This document shows, piece after piece, positions 1-9,067 of a stretch of 64,000 bases of DNA. A program made the position numbers and the translations under genes. How positions within the stretch are numbered: the first letter of the stretch is position 1; the number at the start of each line of letters is the position of its first letter. This DNA comes from an uncultured Candidatus Saccharibacteria bacterium. GTDB taxonomy: Bacteria > Patescibacteriota > Minisyncoccia > Phycocordibacterales > UBA6065. The DNA is taken from contig CAZBVG010000002.1 of the NCBI GenBank assembly GCA_964495425.1, positions 14,570 to 78,569 of the forward strand. Reading direction: 5' to 3'. The notes beneath the pieces were generated by a model. That model worked only from the letters and a program-made list of their open reading frames with translations, did no database searches and had not been told where the DNA came from.

Positions 1-17
1 TTGCCTAACGATAGAGA

Positions 18-1559
18 TTAGAGATCTCTGAAAACCTCGATTTTTGCACCCAGAGAATTGAGACGTGAGGCTAGATCTTCATAACCTCTGTTTATGTTGT
101 AGACATTTCGAAGTACCGATGTGCCTTCTGCGGCAAGCATGGCAATCATAATTACAACTGACGGTCTGAGTGCTGGAGGACAGACAATTTCAGTGGCCTT
201 AAATTTAGTTGGTCCTTTGATGTAAAAGCGATGTGGATCTGCAAGGATGGTTTCAGCGCGCATTTTGTCGAGTTCCTTGTAATAGATGGCTCGTTCTTCA
301 TAGAGCCAGTCGTGAATAAACGTTTCTCCTTCTGCAACAGCGCCAATAACTACAAAGAAGGGAAGGTTGTCGGCATTAATAGACGGATATGGATTGGCAT
401 GGATTTTTTCTTCAAGGGCTTTGAGTTTTGAGGGTGCGGTTTGGATATCAACAAGATTTGCTCGTCCGTTGTTTGCTTTGTAACGCTTCGTTATTTTGTA
501 TTTGAAACCCATTTTCTCGAGTTTGAGTAATTCGAGTTCGAGAAAGTCGATCGGTGCGCGTTCAATAGTAATTGCCGAGTTGGTAACAATTGCAACTGCA
601 ATTAAAGACATGGCCTCAATTGGATCTTCGGTAGGGTAGTATTCAATATTCTTACGTATCTCTGTATCTACTCCATGAATAGTCATGGTTGAGGTGCCAA
701 TACCCTCTATTTTTACTCCCAAAAGCTCGAGATAAAATGCCACATCTTGTACTTGATAATTAGCAGAAGCAAATTTAAGAGTCGTTGTGCCTGGTATGAG
801 TGCCGCTGCCATGAGCATAGTCTCAGTTACCATGTCTCCAGCTTCGTACATGATGATCTCTCGATTCTTTTTAAGGCCATTGTGTGAAATATGATAGTAC
901 TCTGAGCTTGTCTCAATTTTTACTCCCACTTTTTCAAGCGCGTAAAAATATGGTTTTACGGTGCGAGAACCGAGTCTACAACCGCCTGCTTGAGGTAGAT
1001 CAAACTTATTCATCCTATGAATAAGTGAACCCATCATCATAATAATTGTTCGAGTCTTTGCCGCAGAATCATAGGCAATATGTTTCATATCGAATTTCTC
1101 TGGCGGGGTGATATGGAGATCCGATTCCTTCCATTCGATTTTTACGCCAATTGATTCGAGAACTTCAGTAATTCTGTGCACCTCCTCAATTTTTGGTGCA
1201 TTTTTAATAATCGTGGTACCTCGATTAAGAAGTGATGCGCACAATATACCTACGGCACCATTTTTTGAGGTGCGCACTTTAATTGAGCCAGATAGTTTAC
1301 GTCCACCTTCGATGCGAAAATTCACGGTGCCGCCTTTAGAAATAGAAACAATTTCGTGGTTGAGTGCCTCTGAGAGTTTCGCCAATGTTTCCGTTGAAAG
1401 ATTTTGTTCACCTTTTTCTATACGTGCAATGACAGATTGAGTCGTACCAATTTTAGAACCCAACTCTGATTGGGTCATATGTCGGTCCTCTCGCAAACGA
1501 GCAATCATATGGCCAATTGACGAAAGGGCAGCAGGCTTTGTTTCTTTGGATGTAGGCAT
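18..1559 (-). CDS. murA: UDP-N-acetylglucosamine 1-carboxyvinyltransferase (MurA) with an N-terminal XRE-type helix-turn-helix domain
   Basis: Residues about 14-68 (HMIARLREDRHMTQSELGSKIGTTQSVIARIEKGEQNLSTETLAKLSEAL) fit an XRE HTH. The remainder aligns to MurA along its length, including the active-site Cys region QAGGCRLGSRTV. ATG taken at 1557-1559; the ORF track extends to 1595. Confidence 0.8.
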   Translation of the reverse strand: MPTSKETKPAALSSIGHMIARLREDRHMTQSELGSKIGTTQSVIARIEKGEQNLSTETLAKLSEALNHEIVSISKGGTVNFRIEGGRKLSGSIKVRTSKNGAVGILCASLLNRGTTIIKNAPKIEEVHRITEVLESIGVKIEWKESDLHITPPEKFDMKHIAYDSAAKTRTIIMMMGSLIHRMNKFDLPQAGGCRLGSRTVKPYFYALEKVGVKIETSSEYYHISHNGLKKNREIIMYEAGDMVTETMLMAAALIPGTTTLKFASANYQVQDVAFYLELLGVKIEGIGTSTMTIHGVDTEIRKNIEYYPTEDPIEAMSLIAVAIVTNSAITIERAPIDFLELELLKLEKMGFKYKITKRYKANNGRANLVDIQTAPSKLKALEEKIHANPYPSINADNLPFFVVIGAVAEGETFIHDWLYEERAIYYKELDKMRAETILADPHRFYIKGPTKFKATEIVCPPALRPSVVIMIAMLAAEGTSVLRNVYNINRGYEDLASRLNSLGAKIEVFRDL

Positions 1560-1652
1560 GTGGACGTAGTTAGAGTAATGGTAGTAATATAGCATATATG
1601 CTATATTATTCTCAAGCTGTGGATAATAAAAAAGCTGCCATGCGGCAGCTTG

Positions 1653-2030
1653 TCAAAATCCGTTCGCGCTACTTATAAGTCCGTGCAGAACCTTGAAGCA
1701 GTGTGAAATAACTTTTGGTCCAGGATTTCGGTTAAGCGACACTTCTCGATCATCCATGTGAGGTATCTTCTTCAGAAGGTCATGGGTGATAGAAAGGCCA
1801 ATTTCTTCTTCAGCCTTCATCACACACCAAATTCGAAACCATATCATTGAGGGTATGGATTGGTCAGAATACGTGTTTCGAACCACCGTGAAGAAATAAT
1901 GGAGATTCGGGATCTCCTTCATCGTTTTCCTGTAATCATCAGCACACAACCGGGGATTTCGGGAATAACATTCAAGGCCAACTCGCTCGTCGGCCACAGT
2001 AAAGGTAATGAGATCAAGTATTGTAGACAT
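1653..2030 (-). CDS. hypothetical protein
   Basis: 125-aa ORF in the gap between murA and mreB; no recognisable motif. Confidence 0.35.
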   Translation of the reverse strand: MSTILDLITFTVADERVGLECYSRNPRLCADDYRKTMKEIPNLHYFFTVVRNTYSDQSIPSMIWFRIWCVMKAEEEIGLSITHDLLKKIPHMDDREVSLNRNPGPKVISHCFKVLHGLISSANGF

Positions 2031-2073
2031 ATAAGAGGTTCAACTTTTATTTTTATACGCCTCTAGCATATAT

Positions 2074-3135
2074 GTGTCAACTATCGCAAAGCGCTATAAA
2101 AAGCGTATAGTATGGCCATCTATGGCTTTATTCGCGAAGAAACTCGGAATTGATTTAGGAACAGCAAATACGCTCGTGTTTGTGCCAGGTAAAGGCATTG
2201 TGCTCAATGAGCCTTCAGTTGTGGCTGTTTCAGAACAGGACAACAAAATTATGGCTGTCGGTGTTGAAGCAAAGAACATGATTGGTCGAACTCCAGAATC
2301 CATCATTGCGTATCGCCCAATGAAGGATGGTGTTATTGCTGATTATCGCGTTACCGAAGCGATGCTTCGATATTTCATTGATAAAGCGCTCGGCAAATGG
2401 AATATTTGGAAGCCAGAAGTGCTTGTATCTGTACCTGCGGGCATTACTTCAACAGAACGACGTGCGGTAGTTGAAGCCGCAATTCGTGCGGGAGCAAAAA
2501 GTGCGTATGTGGTTAAGGAACCAATTCTTGCTGCAATTGGTGCCGGTATTCCTATTCAAGAAGCTCGAGGACATATGGTAGTAGATATTGGTGGTGGAAC
2601 GACTGACGTCGCTGTAATTTCTCTTGGCGGCATCGTCTCTTCAACTTCTGTGAAATGTGCAGGTAACAGAATAGATGCAGCGATCGCTGACTATATAAAG
2701 AAAACTTTTAACCTCGCCATTGGAGATAAAACAGCTGAGGATATCAAAATAAATATCGGCTCTGCAGTACCGCTCGAAGAAGAACTCACTATGATTATTA
2801 AAGGGCGCGATTTTATTTCAGGTCTCCCTCGTTCGACTGAAATTAAGACTAATGAAATTGTGAAAGCGATTGGTCGTGAGCTTCGCGATATGATCAAGGC
2901 AATTAAGGATGTGCTCCAAGAAACTCCACCTGAACTTGCAGCAGATATTATTGACCATGGCATTATTATGACCGGCGGTTCATCGATGCTTCGAAATCTC
3001 CCTGAGCTGGTGTTTCGACGCACGGGTGTAAAAGCAATTCTTGCTGAAGATCCGCTGTACTGTGTAGCAAAGGGAACTGGTATTGCTCTTGAACATCTTG
3101 ATGTATACAAGAGAACTATTATTGCAAAAAGATAG
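2074..3135 (+). CDS. mreB: rod shape-determining protein MreB (paralog 1; alternative start at 2122)
   Basis: LGIDLGTANTLVFV and DIGGGTTDVAVISLGG actin-like ATPase motifs; similar along its length to the second mreB at 6939. Confidence 0.85.
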   Translation: MSTIAKRYKKRIVWPSMALFAKKLGIDLGTANTLVFVPGKGIVLNEPSVVAVSEQDNKIMAVGVEAKNMIGRTPESIIAYRPMKDGVIADYRVTEAMLRYFIDKALGKWNIWKPEVLVSVPAGITSTERRAVVEAAIRAGAKSAYVVKEPILAAIGAGIPIQEARGHMVVDIGGGTTDVAVISLGGIVSSTSVKCAGNRIDAAIADYIKKTFNLAIGDKTAEDIKINIGSAVPLEEELTMIIKGRDFISGLPRSTEIKTNEIVKAIGRELRDMIKAIKDVLQETPPELAADIIDHGIIMTGGSSMLRNLPELVFRRTGVKAILAEDPLYCVAKGTGIALEHLDVYKRTIIAKR

Positions 3136-3247
3136 TTTGCTTTGACAAAATCTTTTTTCTGAATATCTTCCTCGAGGAGGCGCTGTAGGGCCGGGCATAA
3201 CACGCACAATAAGTTTCGACTCCTTTTACGGGGATGTTTCAAGGTTC

Positions 3248-3285
3248 AGGCCCTCAGCAATGAGGGTCTTTTGTATTTTGGTATA
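3248..3285 (+). terminator. rho-independent terminator after mreB paralog 1
   Basis: GGCCCTCAgcaaTGAGGGTC hairpin followed by TTTTGTATTTT. Confidence 0.5.
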
Positions 3286-3287
3286 CT

Positions 3288-3935
3288 TTGCGTATGTTTT
3301 CTAAAGATACTCTTCATCACGCATATTTTATTGAAGGCGAAAAGGCTGCGGTTTTAGCTGAACTCGAAACTTTTTTAAATGACGCGTTTAAAATTTCTCG
3401 CCAAGGTAATCCTGATGTTCATTTTGCTGAGCATGAGTCATTTGGCATTGATGAAGGTCGAGGGCTTCAGGAAATGCAGTCCTTGCGACCGGTGATGGGT
3501 GATAAAAAGATTTTTATACTTACAATCGGTGCAATTACACACGAAGCTCAAAATTCGCTCCTCAAAGTATTTGAAGAACCAACTCCAGGCACGCATTTCT
3601 TTTTAATTTCTTCTTCACAAAGAATATTATTGCCAACACTTCGATCACGAATGGTAATTGTGACGCACGCATCTGCAGCTAAAAGTGACATGAAAGGTGA
3701 GGCACGGAAATTTATTCCTATGTCACCTAAGGCTCGCCTTGAATTTGTTGCACCATTGATCGAGGAAAAGGATAAGGCAAAAGCGGAAAATTTTTTACAA
3801 GCAGTAGTAACTGAACTTCATAAAGAGGGTAAGTTGGAAGCGGTACGAGAAATATTGCCGCTTATCAAATATCTCAAGGATCGGTCATCATCACTTAAAC
3901 TCATTCTCGAGCGAACAGCCCTTCTTGATCTCTAG
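3288..3935 (+). CDS. holB: DNA polymerase III delta-prime subunit-like protein (short form)
   Basis: HAYFIEGEK start and FEEPTPGTHFFLISS...LLPTLRSR clamp-loader motifs. Confidence 0.6.
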   Translation: MRMFSKDTLHHAYFIEGEKAAVLAELETFLNDAFKISRQGNPDVHFAEHESFGIDEGRGLQEMQSLRPVMGDKKIFILTIGAITHEAQNSLLKVFEEPTPGTHFFLISSSQRILLPTLRSRMVIVTHASAAKSDMKGEARKFIPMSPKARLEFVAPLIEEKDKAKAENFLQAVVTELHKEGKLEAVREILPLIKYLKDRSSSLKLILERTALLDL

Positions 3936-3966
3936 AAAAACCCTCATTTTGTGATATATTTAGCTT

Positions 3967-4518
3967 ATGCAATACAACTTCACTAAACTTAAGACTGACC
4001 TTGGTGCTACTGAAAGCTGGCTTCAAAAGGAGCTTGGTACGATTCGAACCGGTCAGGCAAATCCATCTATTCTTGATGGAGTGCGAGTCGAAGCGTACGG
4101 ATCAGATATGCCACTTAATCAGGTAGCTTCGGTGCTCGCTGAGGGTCCACGAACTATTCGTATCGCCCCTTGGGATCAAGGTCTCGTAAAGTCGATTGAG
4201 AAATCGATTACAGTGGCGAATCTCGGTGTTTCTGTTTCTGTAGATGACAAAGGTGTTCGAGTTTCATTCCCCGAGCTTACTAGCGATCGCCGAAAAGAAA
4301 TTGTGAAGCTTGCGAAAGAAAAGCTTGAGCAGGCTCGTATTCAACTCCGCAAGCATCGAGATGAGGTGAATGCTGATATTGATAAGAAGGAGAAGGAGGG
4401 CGGCATGGGTGAGGACGAAAAGTTTCGCTTTAAGGCTGAAGGACAGAAACTTATTGATGAAGCAACAAAGAAACTAAACGATTTAATGGATAAGAAGGAA
4501 AAGGAAATCCTAAGCTAA
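3967..4518 (+). CDS. frr: ribosome recycling factor
   Basis: 183 aa; N-terminal TESWLQKELGTIRTGQANPSILDGVRVEAYG is typical of RRF. Confidence 0.85.
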   Translation: MQYNFTKLKTDLGATESWLQKELGTIRTGQANPSILDGVRVEAYGSDMPLNQVASVLAEGPRTIRIAPWDQGLVKSIEKSITVANLGVSVSVDDKGVRVSFPELTSDRRKEIVKLAKEKLEQARIQLRKHRDEVNADIDKKEKEGGMGEDEKFRFKAEGQKLIDEATKKLNDLMDKKEKEILS

Positions 4519-4522
4519 ATTT

Positions 4523-5614
4523 GTGTACATTATTCTATTTTTCGTAATACTTGCGGTTCTTGTTCTCGTTCATGAGTTCGGTCATTTTTTTGCTGCAAAA
4601 AGATTTGGGATACGCGTTGATGAATTCGGTCTTGGATTCCCTCCACGACTTTTTGGAAGAATGTGGAATGGAACATTGTATTCAATTAATGCGATTCCGT
4701 TCGGTGGCTTTGTAAAAATATTCGGTGAAAATCCAGATGATGAATCAATTTCTGGACCAGATAGTTCTCGAAGCTTTGTGCATAAGGCAAAGTGGAAGCA
4801 GGTCATTGTGCTTGCCGCGGGAGTTATCATGAACATCATCCTTGCGTGGGTTCTATTCTCAATCGGTTTTATGTCTGGAATGACCATGGGTGTTTCTGAT
4901 GCAAATGCACAATACGTAACTGACAAACATGTCATCGTTCTTGATGCATTACCTAATTCTCCAGCTGCAAAAGCGAAGCTTGTTTCTGGTGATGAAATTC
5001 TCTCGTATTCTATCGGCGGGGCAACTACTACCACTTCAACAGTCGAATCAATTCAAGCTGCAATTCGTGAATCAAATGGTAAGAAAGTTGGATTTGAGAT
5101 TCAGAGGCTCTCGGGGAACACCTACATTGAAGTAGTTCCGGAAAAGGGTGTGTTAGGTGATGCTTACGCTATAGGTATCTCAATGGATATGGTAGGTAAG
5201 GTGCGGTTACCATTTTTCGCTGCTTTTACTGAAGGAGCAAAATTGACTGGTTCGATGTTTATGAATATCGTTGGCGGTCTTTACGGACTTATCCATGATG
5301 CAATTTTGGGCAAAGCAGATATCTCTCAGGTCTCTGGTCCTGTAGGAATTGCTCGACTTGTGGGCGATGCGGGACGACTTGGTTTTGTTTATCTCCTTTC
5401 ATTCACCGCCTTCATATCGTTAAACCTTGCTGTGCTCAATCTTGTTCCATTTCCAGCACTTGATGGCGGACGAATTTTGTTTGTGCTTATTGAAGCGATC
5501 TTCCGACGACCAATTTCTCCTAAGGTAGGGAACACTATTAATACTGTTGGCTTCGGGCTTCTCCTCGCATTCATGTTGTTTGTGACATACAAGGACATTG
5601 TAAAACTTTTCTAG
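4523..5614 (+). CDS. rseP: site-2 protease, M50 family zinc metalloprotease (RseP-like) with PDZ domain
   Basis: HEFGHFFAAKRFG HExxH motif inside a TM helix, a central PDZ-like segment and a C-terminal LDGG motif. Confidence 0.8.
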   Translation: MYIILFFVILAVLVLVHEFGHFFAAKRFGIRVDEFGLGFPPRLFGRMWNGTLYSINAIPFGGFVKIFGENPDDESISGPDSSRSFVHKAKWKQVIVLAAGVIMNIILAWVLFSIGFMSGMTMGVSDANAQYVTDKHVIVLDALPNSPAAKAKLVSGDEILSYSIGGATTTTSTVESIQAAIRESNGKKVGFEIQRLSGNTYIEVVPEKGVLGDAYAIGISMDMVGKVRLPFFAAFTEGAKLTGSMFMNIVGGLYGLIHDAILGKADISQVSGPVGIARLVGDAGRLGFVYLLSFTAFISLNLAVLNLVPFPALDGGRILFVLIEAIFRRPISPKVGNTINTVGFGLLLAFMLFVTYKDIVKLF

Positions 5615-5678
5615 TTTTTTACTTGCCTGAAAAAATAAGCTACTATTGGCGTATTAACTAGATCAGCCCTTATTTTCC

Positions 5679-6935
5679 ATGCGCCAAAGCCAATTATTTA
5701 CAAAGACTAGGAAGGAAGCTCCAAAAGACGAAGTTTCAAAGAATGCTCAGCTTTTGATTCGTGCAGGTTACATATATAAGGAAATGGCGGGTGCGTATGT
5801 GTATTTGCCGCTTGGTTTACGTGTTCTAAACAAGATTGTTCAGGTGATTCGTGAGGAAATGAATGCAATAGGCGGTCAGGAGATGGCACTTACGGCACTT
5901 CAGGACAAAAAGGTGTGGGAGAAAACCGGTCGCTGGTCTGACGATGTTGTCGACAACTGGTTTAAGACAAAACTAAAATCTGGTACCGAAGTTGGTCTTG
6001 GCTTTACGCATGAAGAGCCTCTCACAAATTTGATGACGAATTATATTCACTCGTATCGAGATTTACCAAAAGCTGCATACCAGTTTCAGAATAAATTTAG
6101 AAATGAAGAGCGAGCAAAGTCTGGCATTATGCGCGGTCGTGAATTTTTGATGAAGGATTTGTATTCGTTTGCAAAGGATCAAAAAGAGCATGAAGCGTTT
6201 TATGAAAAGGCAAAAGGCGCTTATATCAAAGTGTTTGAACGACTTGGTCTCGGTGATCGAACCTACGTAACATTTGCTTCAGGTGGAAGCTTTTCAAAAT
6301 ATTCTCATGAGTTTCAGACGGTAACTGATGCGGGAGAAGATCTTATTTATGTACACGAGGGCAAGAAGATTGCGGTAAACAAGGAAGTGCTAACCGAGGA
6401 TGTGTTAAAGGATCTCGGTGTTAAAAAGGCGGATCTTAAAGAAATGAAGGCTGTTGAAGTGGGAAATATTTTCAGTCTTGGCACACGATTCTCTGATGCA
6501 TTTGAACTTTCCTATGTTGCTGAAGATGGGACCAAGAAACCTGTTGTGATGGGTTCGTACGGTATTGGTCCAAGCAGACTCATGGGAACAATTGTTGAAG
6601 TCCTCTCGGACAAAGATGGCATTGTGTGGCCGAGTGAAATTGCTCCATTTAAACTCCATCTTATTTCTCTTGGTAAAGAAGGAAGCGAGGCAGAGAAAGA
6701 GGCGCATAAACTCTACGAAGAACTTACAAAGAAAGGCATTGAGGTGTTGTTTGATGATCGAGATGCTCGACCGGGTGAAAAATTTGCGGATTCAGATCTC
6801 ATTGGAATACCACTTCGCGCAGTAATTTCAGATAAGACTTTGGCAGCGGGTGGAAAGCTTGAAGTAAAAGAGCGCAAAACTGGCGCTGTGTCTATGGTGA
6901 CAAAAGAGGAGCTCAAGGATAGATTGAAGAACTAA
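5679..6935 (+). CDS. proS: proline--tRNA ligase (short form without an editing-domain insertion)
   Basis: MRQSQLFTKTRKE...LLIRAGYI start, FRNEERAKSGIMRGREFLMKDLYSF class II motif and a C-terminal anticodon-binding region; 418 aa. Confidence 0.85.
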   Translation: MRQSQLFTKTRKEAPKDEVSKNAQLLIRAGYIYKEMAGAYVYLPLGLRVLNKIVQVIREEMNAIGGQEMALTALQDKKVWEKTGRWSDDVVDNWFKTKLKSGTEVGLGFTHEEPLTNLMTNYIHSYRDLPKAAYQFQNKFRNEERAKSGIMRGREFLMKDLYSFAKDQKEHEAFYEKAKGAYIKVFERLGLGDRTYVTFASGGSFSKYSHEFQTVTDAGEDLIYVHEGKKIAVNKEVLTEDVLKDLGVKKADLKEMKAVEVGNIFSLGTRFSDAFELSYVAEDGTKKPVVMGSYGIGPSRLMGTIVEVLSDKDGIVWPSEIAPFKLHLISLGKEGSEAEKEAHKLYEELTKKGIEVLFDDRDARPGEKFADSDLIGIPLRAVISDKTLAAGGKLEVKERKTGAVSMVTKEELKDRLKN

Positions 6936-6938
6936 TAC

Positions 6939-8006
6939 ATGGCAAACGGATTTTTAAACAGATTGTATAGCGCGTTTTCTCACGACATCGGGATAGACCT
7001 CGGTACGGCTAATACGCTGGTTTATGTTAAAGGCCAAGGAATCGTCATAAATGAACCGTCGGTTGTTGCGGTTAATCAAAAAACCGGCCGTGTTGTAGCT
7101 GTTGGTTCTCAGGCCAAGGATATGCTCGGACGAACACCGGGACACATCGTCGCTGTGAGACCGCTAGTTGATGGCGTCATTTCAGATTTTGAAGTTGCTG
7201 AGGAAATGATTGTGTATCTTATAAATAAGGCTCAGAAGGAGGCAAAGAAGAAGTTTTTTGGACCTCGTGTGATTGTTGGAATTCCTTCGGGTGTTACAAA
7301 CGTTGAGGCTCGCGCGGTACGTGATGCTACAAAAAATGCAGGGGCACGAGAAGTGCATGTGGTTGAACAGCCAATGGCTGCTGCTATTGGTATTAAACTT
7401 CCTATTCATGATCCAGCTGGAAATATGGTGATTGATATTGGAGGAGGTACAACTGATATTGCCGTAATCTCACTTGGCGGCGTTGTTCGCTCAAAATCAC
7501 TTAAGATTGCGGGTGATAAATTGAATAACGATATTATTTCGTATATTCGAAACGAGTTTAAGATTTTGATTGGCGAAAAGACCGCTGAGGACGTAAAAAT
7601 AGCTATTGGTGTCATTGTTCCTGATGAAATGCCTCATGAAGCTGCGATTCGAGGACGAGATCTTGTTACCGGACTTCCACGTGAAGTGGTTTTAACAGAT
7701 GCAGATATTCGAGAGGCGGTGTCACAGTCGATTGATAATCTCGTTGATTCTGTAAAAGAGGTGCTTGAAACAACTCCGCCTGAAATTTTGGCAGATATAA
7801 TGCATAAGGGTATCTATCTTGTAGGAGGAGGAGCGCTTATCCGCGGTCTCGATAAACTAATTGAAGAATTTGTAAAGATTCCAGTTCACATTGCAGATGA
7901 TCCATTGACCGCTGTAGCTCGTGGCGCAGGAATTATTTTGGAAGATTTAGAAAAGTATCAAGACGTGCTCATTGCAAACGAAGATGACTTACCTAAAGCG
8001 AAGTAA
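6939..8006 (+). CDS. mreB: rod shape-determining protein MreB (paralog 2, first gene of mreBCD-mrdA)
   Basis: IGIDLGTANTLVYV and DIGGGTTDIAVISLGG; followed directly by mreC, mreD and PBP2. Confidence 0.9.
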   Translation: MANGFLNRLYSAFSHDIGIDLGTANTLVYVKGQGIVINEPSVVAVNQKTGRVVAVGSQAKDMLGRTPGHIVAVRPLVDGVISDFEVAEEMIVYLINKAQKEAKKKFFGPRVIVGIPSGVTNVEARAVRDATKNAGAREVHVVEQPMAAAIGIKLPIHDPAGNMVIDIGGGTTDIAVISLGGVVRSKSLKIAGDKLNNDIISYIRNEFKILIGEKTAEDVKIAIGVIVPDEMPHEAAIRGRDLVTGLPREVVLTDADIREAVSQSIDNLVDSVKEVLETTPPEILADIMHKGIYLVGGGALIRGLDKLIEEFVKIPVHIADDPLTAVARGAGIILEDLEKYQDVLIANEDDLPKAK

Positions 8007-8784
8007 TGTAACTGGCAGAAAGTCTCGAACGAGAACGGTCGGCATACTAGCCGGCCTTGTCGGGTTATTTGCTGTACATTTTTTCTTTCCAACTTTTTTC
8101 CCAACAATTCTGTATCCTGTCACGTCTGTATTTTGGAAGTCTGAGTCATCATCAGTCGGTTTTTTTGTTCGAATGGTAAAGATTGTTCAGTCTAAGTACA
8201 GTCTCGTAAAAGAAAATCGACGCCTCTCAGATGAAATTGCATCTCGTGATGCTTCTATGTTGCTGCTCGATACCTTGCGCTCTGAAAATGAGGAACTAAA
8301 AAAGAACGTAGGCAGGACGGGGCAGGGCAAAGATGTGTTGGGTGTGATTTTATCTCGTCCACCAATATCACCCTATGACACACTTGTAATTGATATTGGT
8401 TCAAGTGATGGTGTTGCAGTAGGCAATAAAGTGTATACATCGGGTGACACACTCGTCGGTGATGTGGTGGAAGTATATGAGCATTCATCAAAAATAAGTT
8501 TGTTCTCGACACCAGGAAGAGAGATTCCAATTTTAGTCGGTTCTTCAACGGTGGCTACACAAGCAATTGGTAAAGGAGGTGGAAATTTTTCCGCACAATT
8601 ACCCGCTGATGTTCGTATCAATAAAGGGGATACAATCATCACAACCCAGATTCGCCCTCATGCTTTTGGTGTTGTCCAAGAAATTCTCATAGATTCATCC
8701 GATTCTCTCCAGACAATCCTTTTCAAAGCGCCTATCAATATTCATGAATTTAGATTTGTTCAAGTAGATATATCAGCAAAATAA
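7972..8784 (+). CDS. mreC: rod shape-determining protein MreC
   Basis: N-terminal TM helix, a coiled-coil segment (ENRRLSDEIASRD...ENEELKKN) and a C-terminal beta domain; positioned between mreB and mreD. Confidence 0.75.
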   Translation: MQTKMTYLKRSNVTGRKSRTRTVGILAGLVGLFAVHFFFPTFFPTILYPVTSVFWKSESSSVGFFVRMVKIVQSKYSLVKENRRLSDEIASRDASMLLLDTLRSENEELKKNVGRTGQGKDVLGVILSRPPISPYDTLVIDIGSSDGVAVGNKVYTSGDTLVGDVVEVYEHSSKISLFSTPGREIPILVGSSTVATQAIGKGGGNFSAQLPADVRINKGDTIITTQIRPHAFGVVQEILIDSSDSLQTILFKAPINIHEFRFVQVDISAK

Positions 8785-9035
8785 TGCGAATTGCCTTTCA
8801 TTGCGCTCTCATACTTTCGATTCTTTTTTGCCCCTGGTGGACTGGTGCAATTATCATGATTGCAGCCTGCTTTCTTCTCGATAGATTTTACGAAAGCGTT
8901 ATATATGGCATTGCTGTGGATGCGCTCTATGGCTCATCATTTGGCATACATGGTTTCGTATACACCGGCACCGTGTTTTGTGTCGCCGTATTTCTCAGTG
9001 CCTCTTTCATAAGAACACGGCTCGCATGGCAATAG
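8784..9035 (+). CDS. mreD: rod shape-determining protein MreD (small polytopic membrane protein)
   Basis: 83-aa hydrophobic protein between mreC and PBP2. Confidence 0.55.
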   Translation: MRIAFHCALILSILFCPWWTGAIIMIAACFLLDRFYESVIYGIAVDALYGSSFGIHGFVYTGTVFCVAVFLSASFIRTRLAWQ

Positions 9036-9067
9036 TATCCAGCCACCCGAAGTGGTAAAATGCCTGC

